DNA of 64,000 nucleotides, taken from IMG/VR virus record IMGVR_UViG_3300047558_000137, positions 62,001 to 126,000 of that record; one strand, written 5' to 3'. Below are positions 9,162 through 18,333 of this stretch, piece by piece (the first letter of the stretch is position 1; each line of letters starts with the position of its first letter). A program made the position numbers and the translations under genes. The notes below the pieces were generated by a model that saw only the letters and a program-made list of their open reading frames with translations, did not search any database and was not told the DNA's origin.

Positions 9162-10219
9162 TGTGTATCTGGGAAAAGTCCTGGGGCAATATTACCCGCT
9201 AACACTCCCATTGTAGCACCTTCTCCGTGATAGGGCAAGTCTAATGTGCCACCGTTGCGTAAATGCAACTCACGCAAGAAGTTAGCCATAGCACTTGGGG
9301 CCGACCATGTAGCACCTGGGTTTTTGTGTTCCCATTGTACTTTGGCTTTAGCATGAACTAATGAGCTTGACTTAAATGTTGGCTTAATACTCATTAACAG
9401 TGTTTTCATCCAATCTGGCGGCAAGTTAATATTAGGACTAGTCTTAGCCAATCTGTGCAATTCGTAGAGGCCAATAAAATTTCCTTGATCTATTTCCTCC
9501 TGCAAAGGAAATACTGTTTGGATAGCGTCAAGAATATTGTATAAAGTTTTGCCTGTGTCATCTACTTCGATAGCCTTTTGAGCGTACTTGAAGTGGCTAA
9601 AGAATCGATCATTATCTCCTCGGAGATTATCGCTATTGCGACTGTTCTTGTCCTGTAGATCAATTCCGCAGGCATCAAATTGATCTTGCATTGTACGTGC
9701 CAGTACGTTCTTCAGTTCTCTGCTGCCGTTCTTGTAACGTACTAGAGCATTGCGATGTAGGTCTCCGGGAGTCAGACGTTTAACACCTGTATCGTTTAGC
9801 ATTTCAAATGCTTCGCTGGCAAAGTGTGGATCACTTGTAACAACAACAGCACAGGGTACTTCTGTGTATCCTAGTATAGCCGCAGTAATAGTACGATGCT
9901 GTCCATCATAGGTATCAATGCGACCAGTTTCGCTAACACGACAGGCACTCACAGGACTGCAAATACGTGGATCCCATTTCTTAAGGAGAGAAATGATATG
10001 AAGAAAAACTACGTCCCTCTGAATTTCGTAGTCAATCCAGAGGTCAGCAATTGGTTGCATTGTGCATTGTGGAAAGCTAAAACCTTCAACATCATGCTTG
10101 GCCTTGGCCTTGATACGCCATGCATCAAGTTCTTTTTGAGTTACGTTGAAGTGTGCTTTAAGTTGTGTCTCAACTTCGTCGGCGACTTCTGTTAGTTTTC
10201 TTGTTAAACGTTTTGCCAT
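9158..10219 (-). CDS. ParB/Srx-fold protein with DGQHR motif
   Basis: IDYEIQRD...W...YDGQHRTITA motif typical of ParB-like/DUF262/DndB-type domains. Confidence 0.7.
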   Translation of the reverse strand: MAKRLTRKLTEVADEVETQLKAHFNVTQKELDAWRIKAKAKHDVEGFSFPQCTMQPIADLWIDYEIQRDVVFLHIISLLKKWDPRICSPVSACRVSETGRIDTYDGQHRTITAAILGYTEVPCAVVVTSDPHFASEAFEMLNDTGVKRLTPGDLHRNALVRYKNGSRELKNVLARTMQDQFDACGIDLQDKNSRNSDNLRGDNDRFFSHFKYAQKAIEVDDTGKTLYNILDAIQTVFPLQEEIDQGNFIGLYELHRLAKTSPNINLPPDWMKTLLMSIKPTFKSSSLVHAKAKVQWEHKNPGATWSAPSAMANFLRELHLRNGGTLDLPYHGEGATMGVLAGNIAPGLFPDTQ

Positions 10220-10221
10220 GA

Positions 10222-10818
10222 TTATTTGTGTGATTTGTTTAAGAAAGGCAGCATGCCTGTTGTAGTGCTGAAGTGTTTCAGATAAAGTTCTTCAAGACTT
10301 TTGTGAATAGTGTTTTTAACTGTTATAGTTTTACCTGCTACAGTTGTAGTGAATGTATCAATAGGGCAGGCACGTGCCCAGATAGTAATTTCGTTGCCAG
10401 CATCAATACTCTCTCTGAGACTTTCTCTGATGTTGTAATCAGTGCCGTCGCCCTTTCGTAGTCGGCCGAGCCGGCAGACAGAAGAGCCCTTGGGTTGCCA
10501 TTCGGCATGGTATCTTTGAGATTCTCTAATACCAAGTGGGTTACCTGTTTCACCTAGTTTGAGAATTACATCATTTTCGACTACAACATAAATCCAACTC
10601 TTATGATCTGCATACATCAAATTCGTATTGATGTTGTAGTAAACCCACCCGCTATAGTTGTCTAATTTTACATCACAGACTTTTTCAAATCCATCCTCGA
10701 TGAATTTGTTAATATCAAATCCTTTGAATCCACGTGGAATTTTGTGACGGGAAGTTGCACCTTGTGCTGTGGTGCTAGTGTCTTCTGATTCAGAAGAGCT
10801 TTCGGCATCTAATAACAT
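10222..10818 (-). CDS. Putative GIY-YIG-like nuclease
   Basis: SWIYVVVENDVILKLGET...R and a C-terminal E..YL..F...G.LP.LN segment resemble GIY-YIG domains. Confidence 0.5.
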   Translation of the reverse strand: MLLDAESSSESEDTSTTAQGATSRHKIPRGFKGFDINKFIEDGFEKVCDVKLDNYSGWVYYNINTNLMYADHKSWIYVVVENDVILKLGETGNPLGIRESQRYHAEWQPKGSSVCRLGRLRKGDGTDYNIRESLRESIDAGNEITIWARACPIDTFTTTVAGKTITVKNTIHKSLEELYLKHFSTTTGMLPFLNKSHK

Positions 10819-10916
10819 AATATATTCTCCTACGGGTTATAACAGCGTACCATACGCTACCAGCCGATGCACTAAAATAAGTACCATACTAACGTGTGCA
10901 TCAACTAAGTGTTATT

Positions 10917-10946
10917 ATTATATTTAAAAGCTATGAGCTAAATCAA
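10917..10946 (-). promoter_or_regulatory. Sigma70-type promoter for the GIY-YIG/DGQHR/HNH cassette
   Basis: Minus strand TTGATT-N18-TATAAT. Confidence 0.6.
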
Positions 10947-11009
10947 ATTAATAGGTAAACTTAATTGGGCTAAAAGCACCTAAAAAGTAAATATGCGTAT
11001 ATAACGAGA

Positions 11010-11015
11010 TAAATA
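11010..11015 (+). promoter_or_regulatory. T4-like late promoter box TAAATA
   Basis: GATAAATA upstream of AAGGA-N6-ATG of 11038; a second TAAATA at 10988-10993. Confidence 0.5.
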
Positions 11016-11037
11016 ATAGTAGATCAAGGAAACTGTT

Positions 11038-11325
11038 ATGTCAAGACCAAAACCAACTGTACTGTTGGATCACGTTAATAAGAATACCTATAAGAGCCAG
11101 CAAATTCTGAATTCAGAAGGAATCTGGGCAGTCTTCTATGATAATATGCCTATCAATATGAAGAGCTTCAATATATTAACTTCATACCCAGGTCCAAAAT
11201 ATGGCAAAGTTAGTTTTAGCAATCCAGGTCATGCAATTAACTTGGCCAAGAAATTAAATACTCTATTCAAGAGCGATAAATTTACTGTAGTCTTGTTAAA
11301 GCAAGGTGATCAAATCTACCCCTAA
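11038..11325 (+). CDS. Hypothetical phage protein
   Basis: 95-aa ORF with SD (AAGGA) and late box. Confidence 0.75.
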   Translation: MSRPKPTVLLDHVNKNTYKSQQILNSEGIWAVFYDNMPINMKSFNILTSYPGPKYGKVSFSNPGHAINLAKKLNTLFKSDKFTVVLLKQGDQIYP

Positions 11326-11677
11326 TCGACAGTTGGAATTCCAACAGCGTGTGTTGTCTGCTTACGGACACGACCATCGCATATTTGTCGAACACGCCAA
11401 AGTTTGGTGGCGCAACCCAACTAATCATAACAGTCTACGCATGACTAGAACAGGTCTAGACTTCTTTACAAAAACTTTAGACCTAAAGACCTATAAGATT
11501 GCTGTAGATAGGCCATTGAACTTTAAACACCTAATACAGTTAGAGAGATTATTTACTGCACCGTATTTTTTACATCATGGTGCTATCACAGTGTTCAGTG
11601 AACAAGATGCTATTATGTTGCAACTACACGCAGGCAATCTAGATCAGTATCTAGATAATTTAGAAATCAATCAATAA
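11306..11677 (+). CDS. Hypothetical protein
   Basis: 123-aa ORF overlapping the previous gene; converges on the minus-strand block. Confidence 0.65.
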   Translation: MIKSTPNRQLEFQQRVLSAYGHDHRIFVEHAKVWWRNPTNHNSLRMTRTGLDFFTKTLDLKTYKIAVDRPLNFKHLIQLERLFTAPYFLHHGAITVFSEQDAIMLQLHAGNLDQYLDNLEINQ

Positions 11678-11893
11678 TTATTTAAACCCGCCACCATCCA
11701 TATTAACGCTGATAACGGATGGTGCAGTGGGATTTTCTTTAGTCAACTCAGCAATAGTGGCCAACAGTTCGTAGATATCGTTATGTAGACTACGTGCCTC
11801 TTGTGCGTTAAGAGTTAGTAGCTTGCCATTGGTTTGATTTAACTGACGCACACGGTCGTTAAACAGTTTTACGTGATACGGTAAATTATCCAT
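11678..11893 (-). CDS. Hypothetical protein
   Basis: 71-aa ORF in the tightly packed minus-strand array. Confidence 0.65.
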   Translation of the reverse strand: MDNLPYHVKLFNDRVRQLNQTNGKLLTLNAQEARSLHNDIYELLATIAELTKENPTAPSVISVNMDGGGFK

Positions 11894-12356
11894 TTGCCTT
11901 CTTTAATGCCGCAGTCATTTCTTCTGTAGTATGGAACGGGCCTTGGTATTCATAACGATTAAGTGTAATTAACTTAGGACATGTGGCACGTACCCATGTG
12001 TTACTGAACTTAATAATGTAATGACCTGCACAGAAAAAACTTTTACTTTTTGCAGTCTTTGTATAGATAGGTAATTTGCGTTGTACGTCAAATACTTCGT
12101 TATGCGGCTGATTTCCTGCAGGATAACCGTAGACTTCGTGACCTGCAGAGCGGTCTTTCTTAGTTTTTTCTGCCTTTACAAATTCAATGTTGTATTGCTT
12201 TGTTAACAGCTTAATGCTAGGAAAACGCTCACGAGTGTTATCGTGTACGTATGCAAACCCACCTTCTTCAATTGCTTGTATAGTGGCAATCTTTGTCCCC
12301 TCGGATTCTACTATCCAATATTTGTTTTTAACTACTGGTTTAGCTACTGCGTTCAT
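11886..12356 (-). CDS. Hypothetical protein
   Basis: 156-aa ORF, overlapping packing. Confidence 0.7.
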   Translation of the reverse strand: MNAVAKPVVKNKYWIVESEGTKIATIQAIEEGGFAYVHDNTRERFPSIKLLTKQYNIEFVKAEKTKKDRSAGHEVYGYPAGNQPHNEVFDVQRKLPIYTKTAKSKSFFCAGHYIIKFSNTWVRATCPKLITLNRYEYQGPFHTTEEMTAALKKANG

Positions 12357-12361
12357 TTTTA

Positions 12362-12655
12362 TTATTCTTTCTTTAAACAGCTCATAGTAATGATCTTACC
12401 AATCTCTGCACCAAGGTCTTTATCCTCAGTAACAATATGTAGATCGGGCCTAACTCCAATATTGCGATGGCTTACACTTACAATAAATCCGCCGCTAGCA
12501 GGAGTAACACGAATGTCAATGCCTGCATCATACTCATGTTGAGGGCCAACAGTGTACGGGCCACTCAACCCAATACCGGGTATAGCGCCATATCCATGTC
12601 CGGCTACAGCACCAGCATTTGTACTAGCCGATTGTTTGGCTACATTTACACTCAT
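12362..12655 (-). CDS. Hypothetical protein
   Basis: 97-aa ORF; C-terminal half resembles that of 12652..12930 (..V.PA.GG.IV...IG.I..M). Confidence 0.6.
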   Translation of the reverse strand: MSVNVAKQSASTNAGAVAGHGYGAIPGIGLSGPYTVGPQHEYDAGIDIRVTPASGGFIVSVSHRNIGVRPDLHIVTEDKDLGAEIGKIITMSCLKKE

Positions 12656-12930
12656 ATCTTAAACAACTCCATAGCAACAATCTGTCCAATGCGATGTGCT
12701 ACGTCCTGTTCAGTTTCAGGAATAACATAAGTCCTGGTATTACTTTCGTCCTTGCGTCGATCGTATGTACGCATTTGAACAATAGTTCCGCCTTCTGCTG
12801 GCATAACGGTAAAACGCATGCCTTCAATATCAGCTTCTTCACGTTCGCGGACACTTGACATCTTGGGACTAGCAAGATTATCTTGTGGAAATATAAAATT
12901 GTGTAGTCGGTGTCTTAGCCAATTAATCAT
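12652..12930 (-). CDS. Hypothetical protein
   Basis: 92-aa ORF, overlapping packing. Confidence 0.65.
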   Translation of the reverse strand: MINWLRHRLHNFIFPQDNLASPKMSSVREREEADIEGMRFTVMPAEGGTIVQMRTYDRRKDESNTRTYVIPETEQDVAHRIGQIVAMELFKI

Positions 12931-13276
12931 GTTTCTTTTCTTCCTCTAATGTTAGCGCCTTCATAATCTCTAGGCGTTCGTATGCTTCTTTAAGGCCGGG
13001 ATGCTTTTCCATAAGTTCTTTTAACTTAAATTCTTCATCTCGCTTTGTGCGGGCCCAATCCAACAGGCTTTCTGCCTCAGTAGTTAATCCAATACTAGCA
13101 AAGCCCGTATTAAGTTGTACCCAATTATTGCCATCAAACACTTCCATGGTTTGATTGCTGGTATTGTAACGCATATTTCCTACGCCTTGTGCGCCACTGT
13201 ATCCGTTAACATAAGTACTGGCTGTGCCACCTGACACCTGCATATAACGTCCGGCCTGCATGATAGTTTTAATCAT
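12923..13276 (-). CDS. Hypothetical protein
   Basis: ORF 12923..13291; likely start MIKTIMQ at 13276, overlapping the upstream stop. Confidence 0.65.
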   Translation of the reverse strand: MIKTIMQAGRYMQVSGGTASTYVNGYSGAQGVGNMRYNTSNQTMEVFDGNNWVQLNTGFASIGLTTEAESLLDWARTKRDEEFKLKELMEKHPGLKEAYERLEIMKALTLEEEKKHD

Positions 13277-13656
13277 GCAAATACCATCCAAATAATGAAT
13301 AGATAGGTAAGTTGATGCAACATCTGGTCAAATCCTAACCAGATCCAAAACGCAGTATCTTTTACTGTGTAATTGTATTTCTTATTAAGGTTAATCTTGG
13401 CCCAATCAATATGATAGTGCAGTGCAAAATCAATTGCTGATATAATACCGGCCCAGGCAATATAAGGCCACCCTGTGACCATTAATACTGCAAAGAATGT
13501 CCCTATAGCGTGTTTTGCACTATGATTAATACCTGCGGCATCGCCATATATGCCCTTGCTAACAACTTCTTCCATTGATTGATCAACAAAATCAATATAC
13601 CAGTGTTTGATCTGCAATAGAACTAATAACGCCAATATATAGTTAACAGTATTCAT
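13273..13656 (-). CDS. DUF3307-like membrane protein
   Basis: KHWYIDF, HSAKH, HYHIDW and DQMLHQL His/Asp motifs within hydrophobic helices. Confidence 0.7.
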   Translation of the reverse strand: MNTVNYILALLVLLQIKHWYIDFVDQSMEEVVSKGIYGDAAGINHSAKHAIGTFFAVLMVTGWPYIAWAGIISAIDFALHYHIDWAKINLNKKYNYTVKDTAFWIWLGFDQMLHQLTYLFIIWMVFA

Positions 13657-13889
13657 AGGTTAAATCTTGCCTTAATTGCAGCCTTTGCCGCATCAACTGA
13701 ACATTCATGCTGACCTAAATCAAATGTAGTATACACATGATTTTTACTGGCAGTATCTATTGCACGTAGACATTCTTCTACCACGTGACGACCGTAGGTT
13801 TCTAATAGTTCTCCGCCAACATCGGGATAGTGGCTTCCACCTACTTCCAATGCAATGTTGTGAAATAATTGATTTTTCATTCTGCTCAT
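13653..13889 (-). CDS. Hypothetical protein
   Basis: 78-aa ORF, overlapping packing. Confidence 0.55.
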   Translation of the reverse strand: MSRMKNQLFHNIALEVGGSHYPDVGGELLETYGRHVVEECLRAIDTASKNHVYTTFDLGQHECSVDAAKAAIKARFNL

Positions 13890-13890
13890 A

Positions 13891-13986
13891 TTAATCCATT
13901 AATTTTAAAAATCGCCATGCCAAGTAGAACATAGGTACGCCTACAATAAAGGCGCAGATGATGTTTAAAGTCATATTATCGGTCAT
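13891..13986 (-). CDS. Small single-pass membrane protein (31 aa, not in the ORF track)
   Basis: MTDNMTLNIICAFIVGVPMFYLAWRFLKLMD; ATGA overlap with the RNase H stop; fills the gap exactly. Confidence 0.5.
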   Translation of the reverse strand: MTDNMTLNIICAFIVGVPMFYLAWRFLKLMD

Positions 13987-15008
13987 TTTGTGTTCCTTAG
14001 TACACTTGCTGTTGCTTCGACTTCGGGATAACTAGAACCTAAGAAGTCTACATAATTTTGTAAGTTGTCACTAATACGTTTAAGCTCATACTTGCCGCAG
14101 AACTTCATGAACTTAGTTCCAACTTGTCCAACTTCTTTAGTTACGCTGTTGGCTGCAATAGTTTCTGCAATCCATACTTTAACATGATCAGGCTGTGCAG
14201 TCAAATCAATTAATACTCGATTACGTTCATAGTCATCAAGTACACGATGTTCGACTCCATTATGGTCAACCCAACGTTGGAGCATTAGATTGTTCCAATT
14301 GAAACCTTTTGTTTCTTTGTCTTGGAATGCTTCAGTAAGTCCAACGCGATTTTTAGTTCCTTTAGTCCGCACCCCTGGATAGGCCGAGAACACGTTATCG
14401 CTTGTATCGCCACGCATACACTTTTCGAAGAGGATCCACTCAGGTGCCGGGATCGTTTTTGGCTCCTTAGTTTTCTTATCTTTGACTGGGGCACCTTTTT
14501 TGTCAAAGATCCCGTTAATGGTATGAAGTTCTTCAGAGATGCCATTGAATTGCTTTACGTTAGTTGCCAGTAATTGATAAAAATCGCTGTCGCTTGATAC
14601 GATTATGTGTTCATCGTGAGGGTGTGCTTGAATCCATCCTGCCACCAAGTCATCCGCTTCCAAGTTTTCGTGCCGGAGAACAGTACAATTGGACTTTTCT
14701 TGGATGAACGCTTTGAAGTCGTCAAAAGTTTCCCAAAATAATCGGTCTTCTTCTTGCTCGGCTTCTGTGAGCGCTGCTCTCGCGACTGCGCGGTTTGCTT
14801 TGTACGGGGCATAGTAATCCTTACGCCAGCTACGGCCTTCTAAACAAAATACAACGTGATCTGCTTGCTGTTCACGCCAACACATAGCAACGCTGGCAAG
14901 TGTTACATGGATAGCAAAGCCTAGTTTGTCCCATGTATCACTTTGAGGGTGTGCCGCGTGGCGGGCACGAAAGAATGTATTAGCGGTGTCGACAATCAGA
15001 TATTTCAT
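13983..15008 (-). CDS. rnh: T4-type RNase H / 5'-3' exonuclease (FEN family)
   Basis: LIVDTANTFFR, EGRSWRK..Y..YKANR, LEADD, SSDSDFYQL, GDTSDNV. Confidence 0.88.
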   Translation of the reverse strand: MKYLIVDTANTFFRARHAAHPQSDTWDKLGFAIHVTLASVAMCWREQQADHVVFCLEGRSWRKDYYAPYKANRAVARAALTEAEQEEDRLFWETFDDFKAFIQEKSNCTVLRHENLEADDLVAGWIQAHPHDEHIIVSSDSDFYQLLATNVKQFNGISEELHTINGIFDKKGAPVKDKKTKEPKTIPAPEWILFEKCMRGDTSDNVFSAYPGVRTKGTKNRVGLTEAFQDKETKGFNWNNLMLQRWVDHNGVEHRVLDDYERNRVLIDLTAQPDHVKVWIAETIAANSVTKEVGQVGTKFMKFCGKYELKRISDNLQNYVDFLGSSYPEVEATASVLRNTK

Positions 15009-15014
15009 AGAGCA

Positions 15015-15043
15015 ATAATAACACAGATCTATTAACTAGTCAA
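15015..15043 (-). promoter_or_regulatory. Sigma70-type promoter of rnh (likely leaderless mRNA)
   Basis: TTGACT-N17-TATTAT with the ATG 6 nt downstream and no SD. Confidence 0.7.
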
Positions 15044-15736
15044 TGCGTTATATGAAAGTTGTTTGAATAAGTAATCGGCCCAGGCTGCGTGTGCAGGTTC
15101 GCCGAAATGGTAGCTATTTGTATTTACCGTTGTAAAACCTTTGTTTTTAAGCCAATTGTAGTATGTAGAGTCGCGATCGTATGGATTCAGATAATATTTT
15201 CCCCATTCTAACGTATCAACATTAGTAAATGGTTCGTAACAGGTAAAGAATAAATGATTTATTTTCTTATCCAATAACACCTGATGCAACAACCAAATTC
15301 TATAATGATCGTCTTCCATGCTTTTTTGATAATCTAAGTCTAAGATCCAGTTTTGGTAACGGGCAACAATACTATTTGGCCAATCGTGCCCTATACCACC
15401 AGCATTAACCTGCCAGTAACGATTAGTTTCACTATCATACCATTCTTCGCGTTCCCAAGTTGACCAGCCAATAACGATTAAATCTGGCCTGGGATTGTTT
15501 TCTAAGTATTCTTCTGTAGTGCGAATAATACGTTTGTTACTACTGGCACTTTCTGCATCACATTCAAGGATGGCACCTAGGTGATTGGCCAAATGGCAAC
15601 CATAGCTGGCACGTAGGTTATCGGGGTGTGGTTGACGACCTAAGCCCCAATACAATCTATCATCTTCTGCAAAGGCGTGAGCATTAACTGCTTCTGCGCC
15701 TGCACTGTGGCTATCACCGTTTACGTATAGTATCAT
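15032..15736 (-). CDS. SGNH/GDSL-like hydrolase or acyltransferase family protein
   Basis: LYVNGDSHSAG (block I), SN..I.R, DLIVIGWS, HFGEPAH near the C-terminus. Confidence 0.55.
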   Translation of the reverse strand: MILYVNGDSHSAGAEAVNAHAFAEDDRLYWGLGRQPHPDNLRASYGCHLANHLGAILECDAESASSNKRIIRTTEEYLENNPRPDLIVIGWSTWEREEWYDSETNRYWQVNAGGIGHDWPNSIVARYQNWILDLDYQKSMEDDHYRIWLLHQVLLDKKINHLFFTCYEPFTNVDTLEWGKYYLNPYDRDSTYYNWLKNKGFTTVNTNSYHFGEPAHAAWADYLFKQLSYNALTS

Positions 15737-16034
15737 GTTCTTTTACTAGTTCTACAACTACTCGCAATTTTTCTAAGGCATCTGCTACCGCTGGGTTGTC
15801 TCGATATTTAATTGCATCGTCAAACACAGTTAATGTATCTCGATCGAGGTAGTCCGAGAATTGAAACAGATATGTGCTACCATCGCCGTGTATACGTGCC
15901 AGTGTACCAAAGTGATTTCTAATATCTATGCTACTTCCCATTGGAGGAGGCGTAGAAAAGCTCACGGCATTGTTGCAAGAAGTGTAGTCAATGCCAGGAA
16001 CCTGTATTAACCCATTAACGGATACTAGTAACAT
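15714..16034 (-). CDS. Hypothetical protein
   Basis: 106-aa ORF, overlapping packing. Confidence 0.6.
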   Translation of the reverse strand: MLLVSVNGLIQVPGIDYTSCNNAVSFSTPPPMGSSIDIRNHFGTLARIHGDGSTYLFQFSDYLDRDTLTVFDDAIKYRDNPAVADALEKLRVVVELVKEHDTIRKR

Positions 16035-16288
16035 TATTCTTTATATGCTGGATTAGGCAACTCTAGTTCAAAGACGTGGTAACTGTTAAAAGCCCCGTCT
16101 TGGTCCTTAAGAATTTCCAATGTGCGATTATGCTCAGCTTCTTGTAACGTCAAATACATACCAGTACCGATGTAATTAGCACTGCCTCCTGGACTAGTAC
16201 CGCAGCTTGAAATATTCAAACTGGTTTTAGTTGACATTTTTAACAGTTGATAGACCTTCATGGTCTTTGGTGGTTCTAGGCCTTGCAT
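16034..16288 (-). CDS. Hypothetical protein
   Basis: 84-aa ORF, TAATG coupling. Confidence 0.6.
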   Translation of the reverse strand: MQGLEPPKTMKVYQLLKMSTKTSLNISSCGTSPGGSANYIGTGMYLTLQEAEHNRTLEILKDQDGAFNSYHVFELELPNPAYKE

Positions 16289-16695
16289 TAGCTCACCTCT
16301 GTGCGGCCATCGCCTATGTCTTTACGTGCAATCACACGTGGTCTACCATCAATTGGTTGATTGGCTTCCCATTGCTCAAAGTTTTCCAATACAACATTGC
16401 GGCAAACATCTTGGAACCAGCGATCGACAATAGTTGCATCTTCTTCGCCGGGTTTCAATTGATAGCCAGCACGTACTAGATTAGTAACAAACTTGTCGTT
16501 CCAGTCCAATTCAAAAGCACCGTTACCGATATTATCGGGGTCAAGTTCTACACTAAGAATGGCAACATATGGTTCGCCTTTTTCGTCTGCAATTTCTTTA
16601 GCAGTTTTCTTTGGTGTAGCCTTGGCCTTTGTTGGTGCAGACTTAGGTGCCTCTGGGGCTGTCTTCTTTCCAAGTAGTTTATCAAATATTCCCAT
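16288..16695 (-). CDS. Hypothetical phage protein
   Basis: 135-aa ORF; Lys/Ala/Pro-rich N-terminal linker. Confidence 0.7.
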   Translation of the reverse strand: MGIFDKLLGKKTAPEAPKSAPTKAKATPKKTAKEIADEKGEPYVAILSVELDPDNIGNGAFELDWNDKFVTNLVRAGYQLKPGEEDATIVDRWFQDVCRNVVLENFEQWEANQPIDGRPRVIARKDIGDGRTEVS

Positions 16696-16704
16696 ACAGA
16701 TCCT

Positions 16705-17058
16705 TTAAATTACATGCTGGGCAATAACCATTAAACTTAACCATGCCCACATAGTATTAAATGCTACCAAGGTTGGTAACAGTTTTTTGTTTGATGCCCA
16801 AATAAGTGTTAGACTAGTTGCTAACGTTAAGAAATACAATTGCCATATATTAATGCCAAAAATTAGCCCAGGAATAATAATAACGGCCTTGGCTAACCAA
16901 CTAACGGCTTCTACAATATTGTATGTATGTTGCCAGTATTCTTTAGTGAACCACATTTGATAGCAGTCGCGTATCTTTGCCCATCCTGTAAAGTGATAGG
17001 TAATTCCCGTTAATGCTAACCAGCTTGTGACCACAAATATTAATTGATCTGTTGTCAT
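16705..17058 (-). CDS. Membrane protein (about 4 TM helices)
   Basis: 117 aa, mostly hydrophobic. Confidence 0.65.
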   Translation of the reverse strand: MTTDQLIFVVTSWLALTGITYHFTGWAKIRDCYQMWFTKEYWQHTYNIVEAVSWLAKAVIIIPGLIFGINIWQLYFLTLATSLTLIWASNKKLLPTLVAFNTMWAWLSLMVIAQHVI

Positions 17059-17315
17059 TAGTTGCCTTTAAGTTTCCACATTAAGTGTTCTAGTTTGTTA
17101 TGCCATCGATGATCAATAATAGGATCGCCGGGCCCGGTTAGTACACTTGTGCCTTGGTATGCATATTCTAACCAAACTCTGCGACCAGTTAAGTCGCAAA
17201 TGCTAGGCCACCAGACGAATTTAAGTTCCCACCCAACACAACGACGATAAAACCAGTCATCGAGCTCATGTCTGTTTTTCTTAAATGCGTAACCGGCCAT
17301 TAATTGTCTCCCCAT
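17058..17315 (-). CDS. Hypothetical Trp-rich protein
   Basis: 85-aa ORF, coupled packing. Confidence 0.55.
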   Translation of the reverse strand: MGRQLMAGYAFKKNRHELDDWFYRRCVGWELKFVWWPSICDLTGRRVWLEYAYQGTSVLTGPGDPIIDHRWHNKLEHLMWKLKGN

Positions 17316-17497
17316 TTAACTTTTAACCATACACGATCGTGTACATAATGTATAATCATAAGACCTATATGTATACCTATCGCTGTTGATAATCCTGTCC
17401 ACACAGCGGTAAAAATTACTGCCAGTAACCGGTATGTTACAATTCTTGCTAAAGTTCTTTTATGTGTTTCTATCATTTGCCCCAGCCGTTGCCCCAC
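17300..17497 (-). CDS. DUF2061-like small membrane protein
   Basis: THKRTLARIVTYRLLA...YVHDRVWLKVKWG. Confidence 0.6.
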   Translation of the reverse strand: MGQRLGQMIETHKRTLARIVTYRLLAVIFTAVWTGLSTAIGIHIGLMIIHYVHDRVWLKVKWGDN

Positions 17498-18330
17498 AAG
17501 TCAACGTGTAGACGTGGACTGTAGTTGTAACCTTTGCTTAGTGCCCAGTCTGCTACCCGAACACGGTTGGCGGCATAAGGAGTAACAACACCACCTTGTG
17601 GCATTACATAGACAGGACCATGAAACCCAACAGCACGATATTGACCAACTGCACGATCTACTTCTGCAAAGTGTTCGTCTGTTTCCACAACAAACTTCAA
17701 GTAGGTAAAGCCGTAGTCTTGGTACATACGCACAATCTCTGGACGAATTGCTTCGTCCCATGCTTCGCCACTTGCACTTAGCTTGGGACTTACTGAGAAT
17801 GTAATTTCATTGCCAGCAATATCAACCCAGTCTAAGATGTAGTCAATAAACCTACCTTGCAGAGTTTGTGTACCATTTGTTTCGAATGTGATATTACGCA
17901 AGTCCTGCATACGCTCATGTTCTAATAACTCTTGATACGCACGTTGCCAACCTAGCAATGGTTCACCACCTGTAATTACAAGATGCACATCGTTGCCATT
18001 GTCCTGCACCCAACGATGATTGGGTGTAAGAGCTAGCATTTGATCTACTAGATCTTTTGTTTCTACTGTTGGGCTTAGATCTTTAAAAGCAGGATGCCAC
18101 GATGCGTAGCTGTCGCATCCAGTATTAACTAAGGGTAGACTAGTAAAGTCTTTATACAAGTGGACATTCTTTGCCACTTCGTCGGCCTCCGTTGACGTTT
18201 CGCCTGGCTTGCAGCCAAAGCCTGCACATGTAAAATTACATCCAAATGTGCGTAAGAATACTGATGGTACGCCAACAAAACGGCCTTCACCTTGAGCGCT
18301 GTAAAAGAGTTCACTGATTTTTAATTTCAT
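17473..18330 (-). CDS. queE: 7-carboxy-7-deazaguanine synthase (radical SAM)
   Basis: ISELFYSAQGEG...VFLRTFGCN, ITGGEPLL, FETNGT, SVSPKL, PRLHVDLWG. Confidence 0.92.
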   Translation of the reverse strand: MKLKISELFYSAQGEGRFVGVPSVFLRTFGCNFTCAGFGCKPGETSTEADEVAKNVHLYKDFTSLPLVNTGCDSYASWHPAFKDLSPTVETKDLVDQMLALTPNHRWVQDNGNDVHLVITGGEPLLGWQRAYQELLEHERMQDLRNITFETNGTQTLQGRFIDYILDWVDIAGNEITFSVSPKLSASGEAWDEAIRPEIVRMYQDYGFTYLKFVVETDEHFAEVDRAVGQYRAVGFHGPVYVMPQGGVVTPYAANRVRVADWALSKGYNYSPRLHVDLWGNGWGK

Positions 18331-18333
18331 ATG

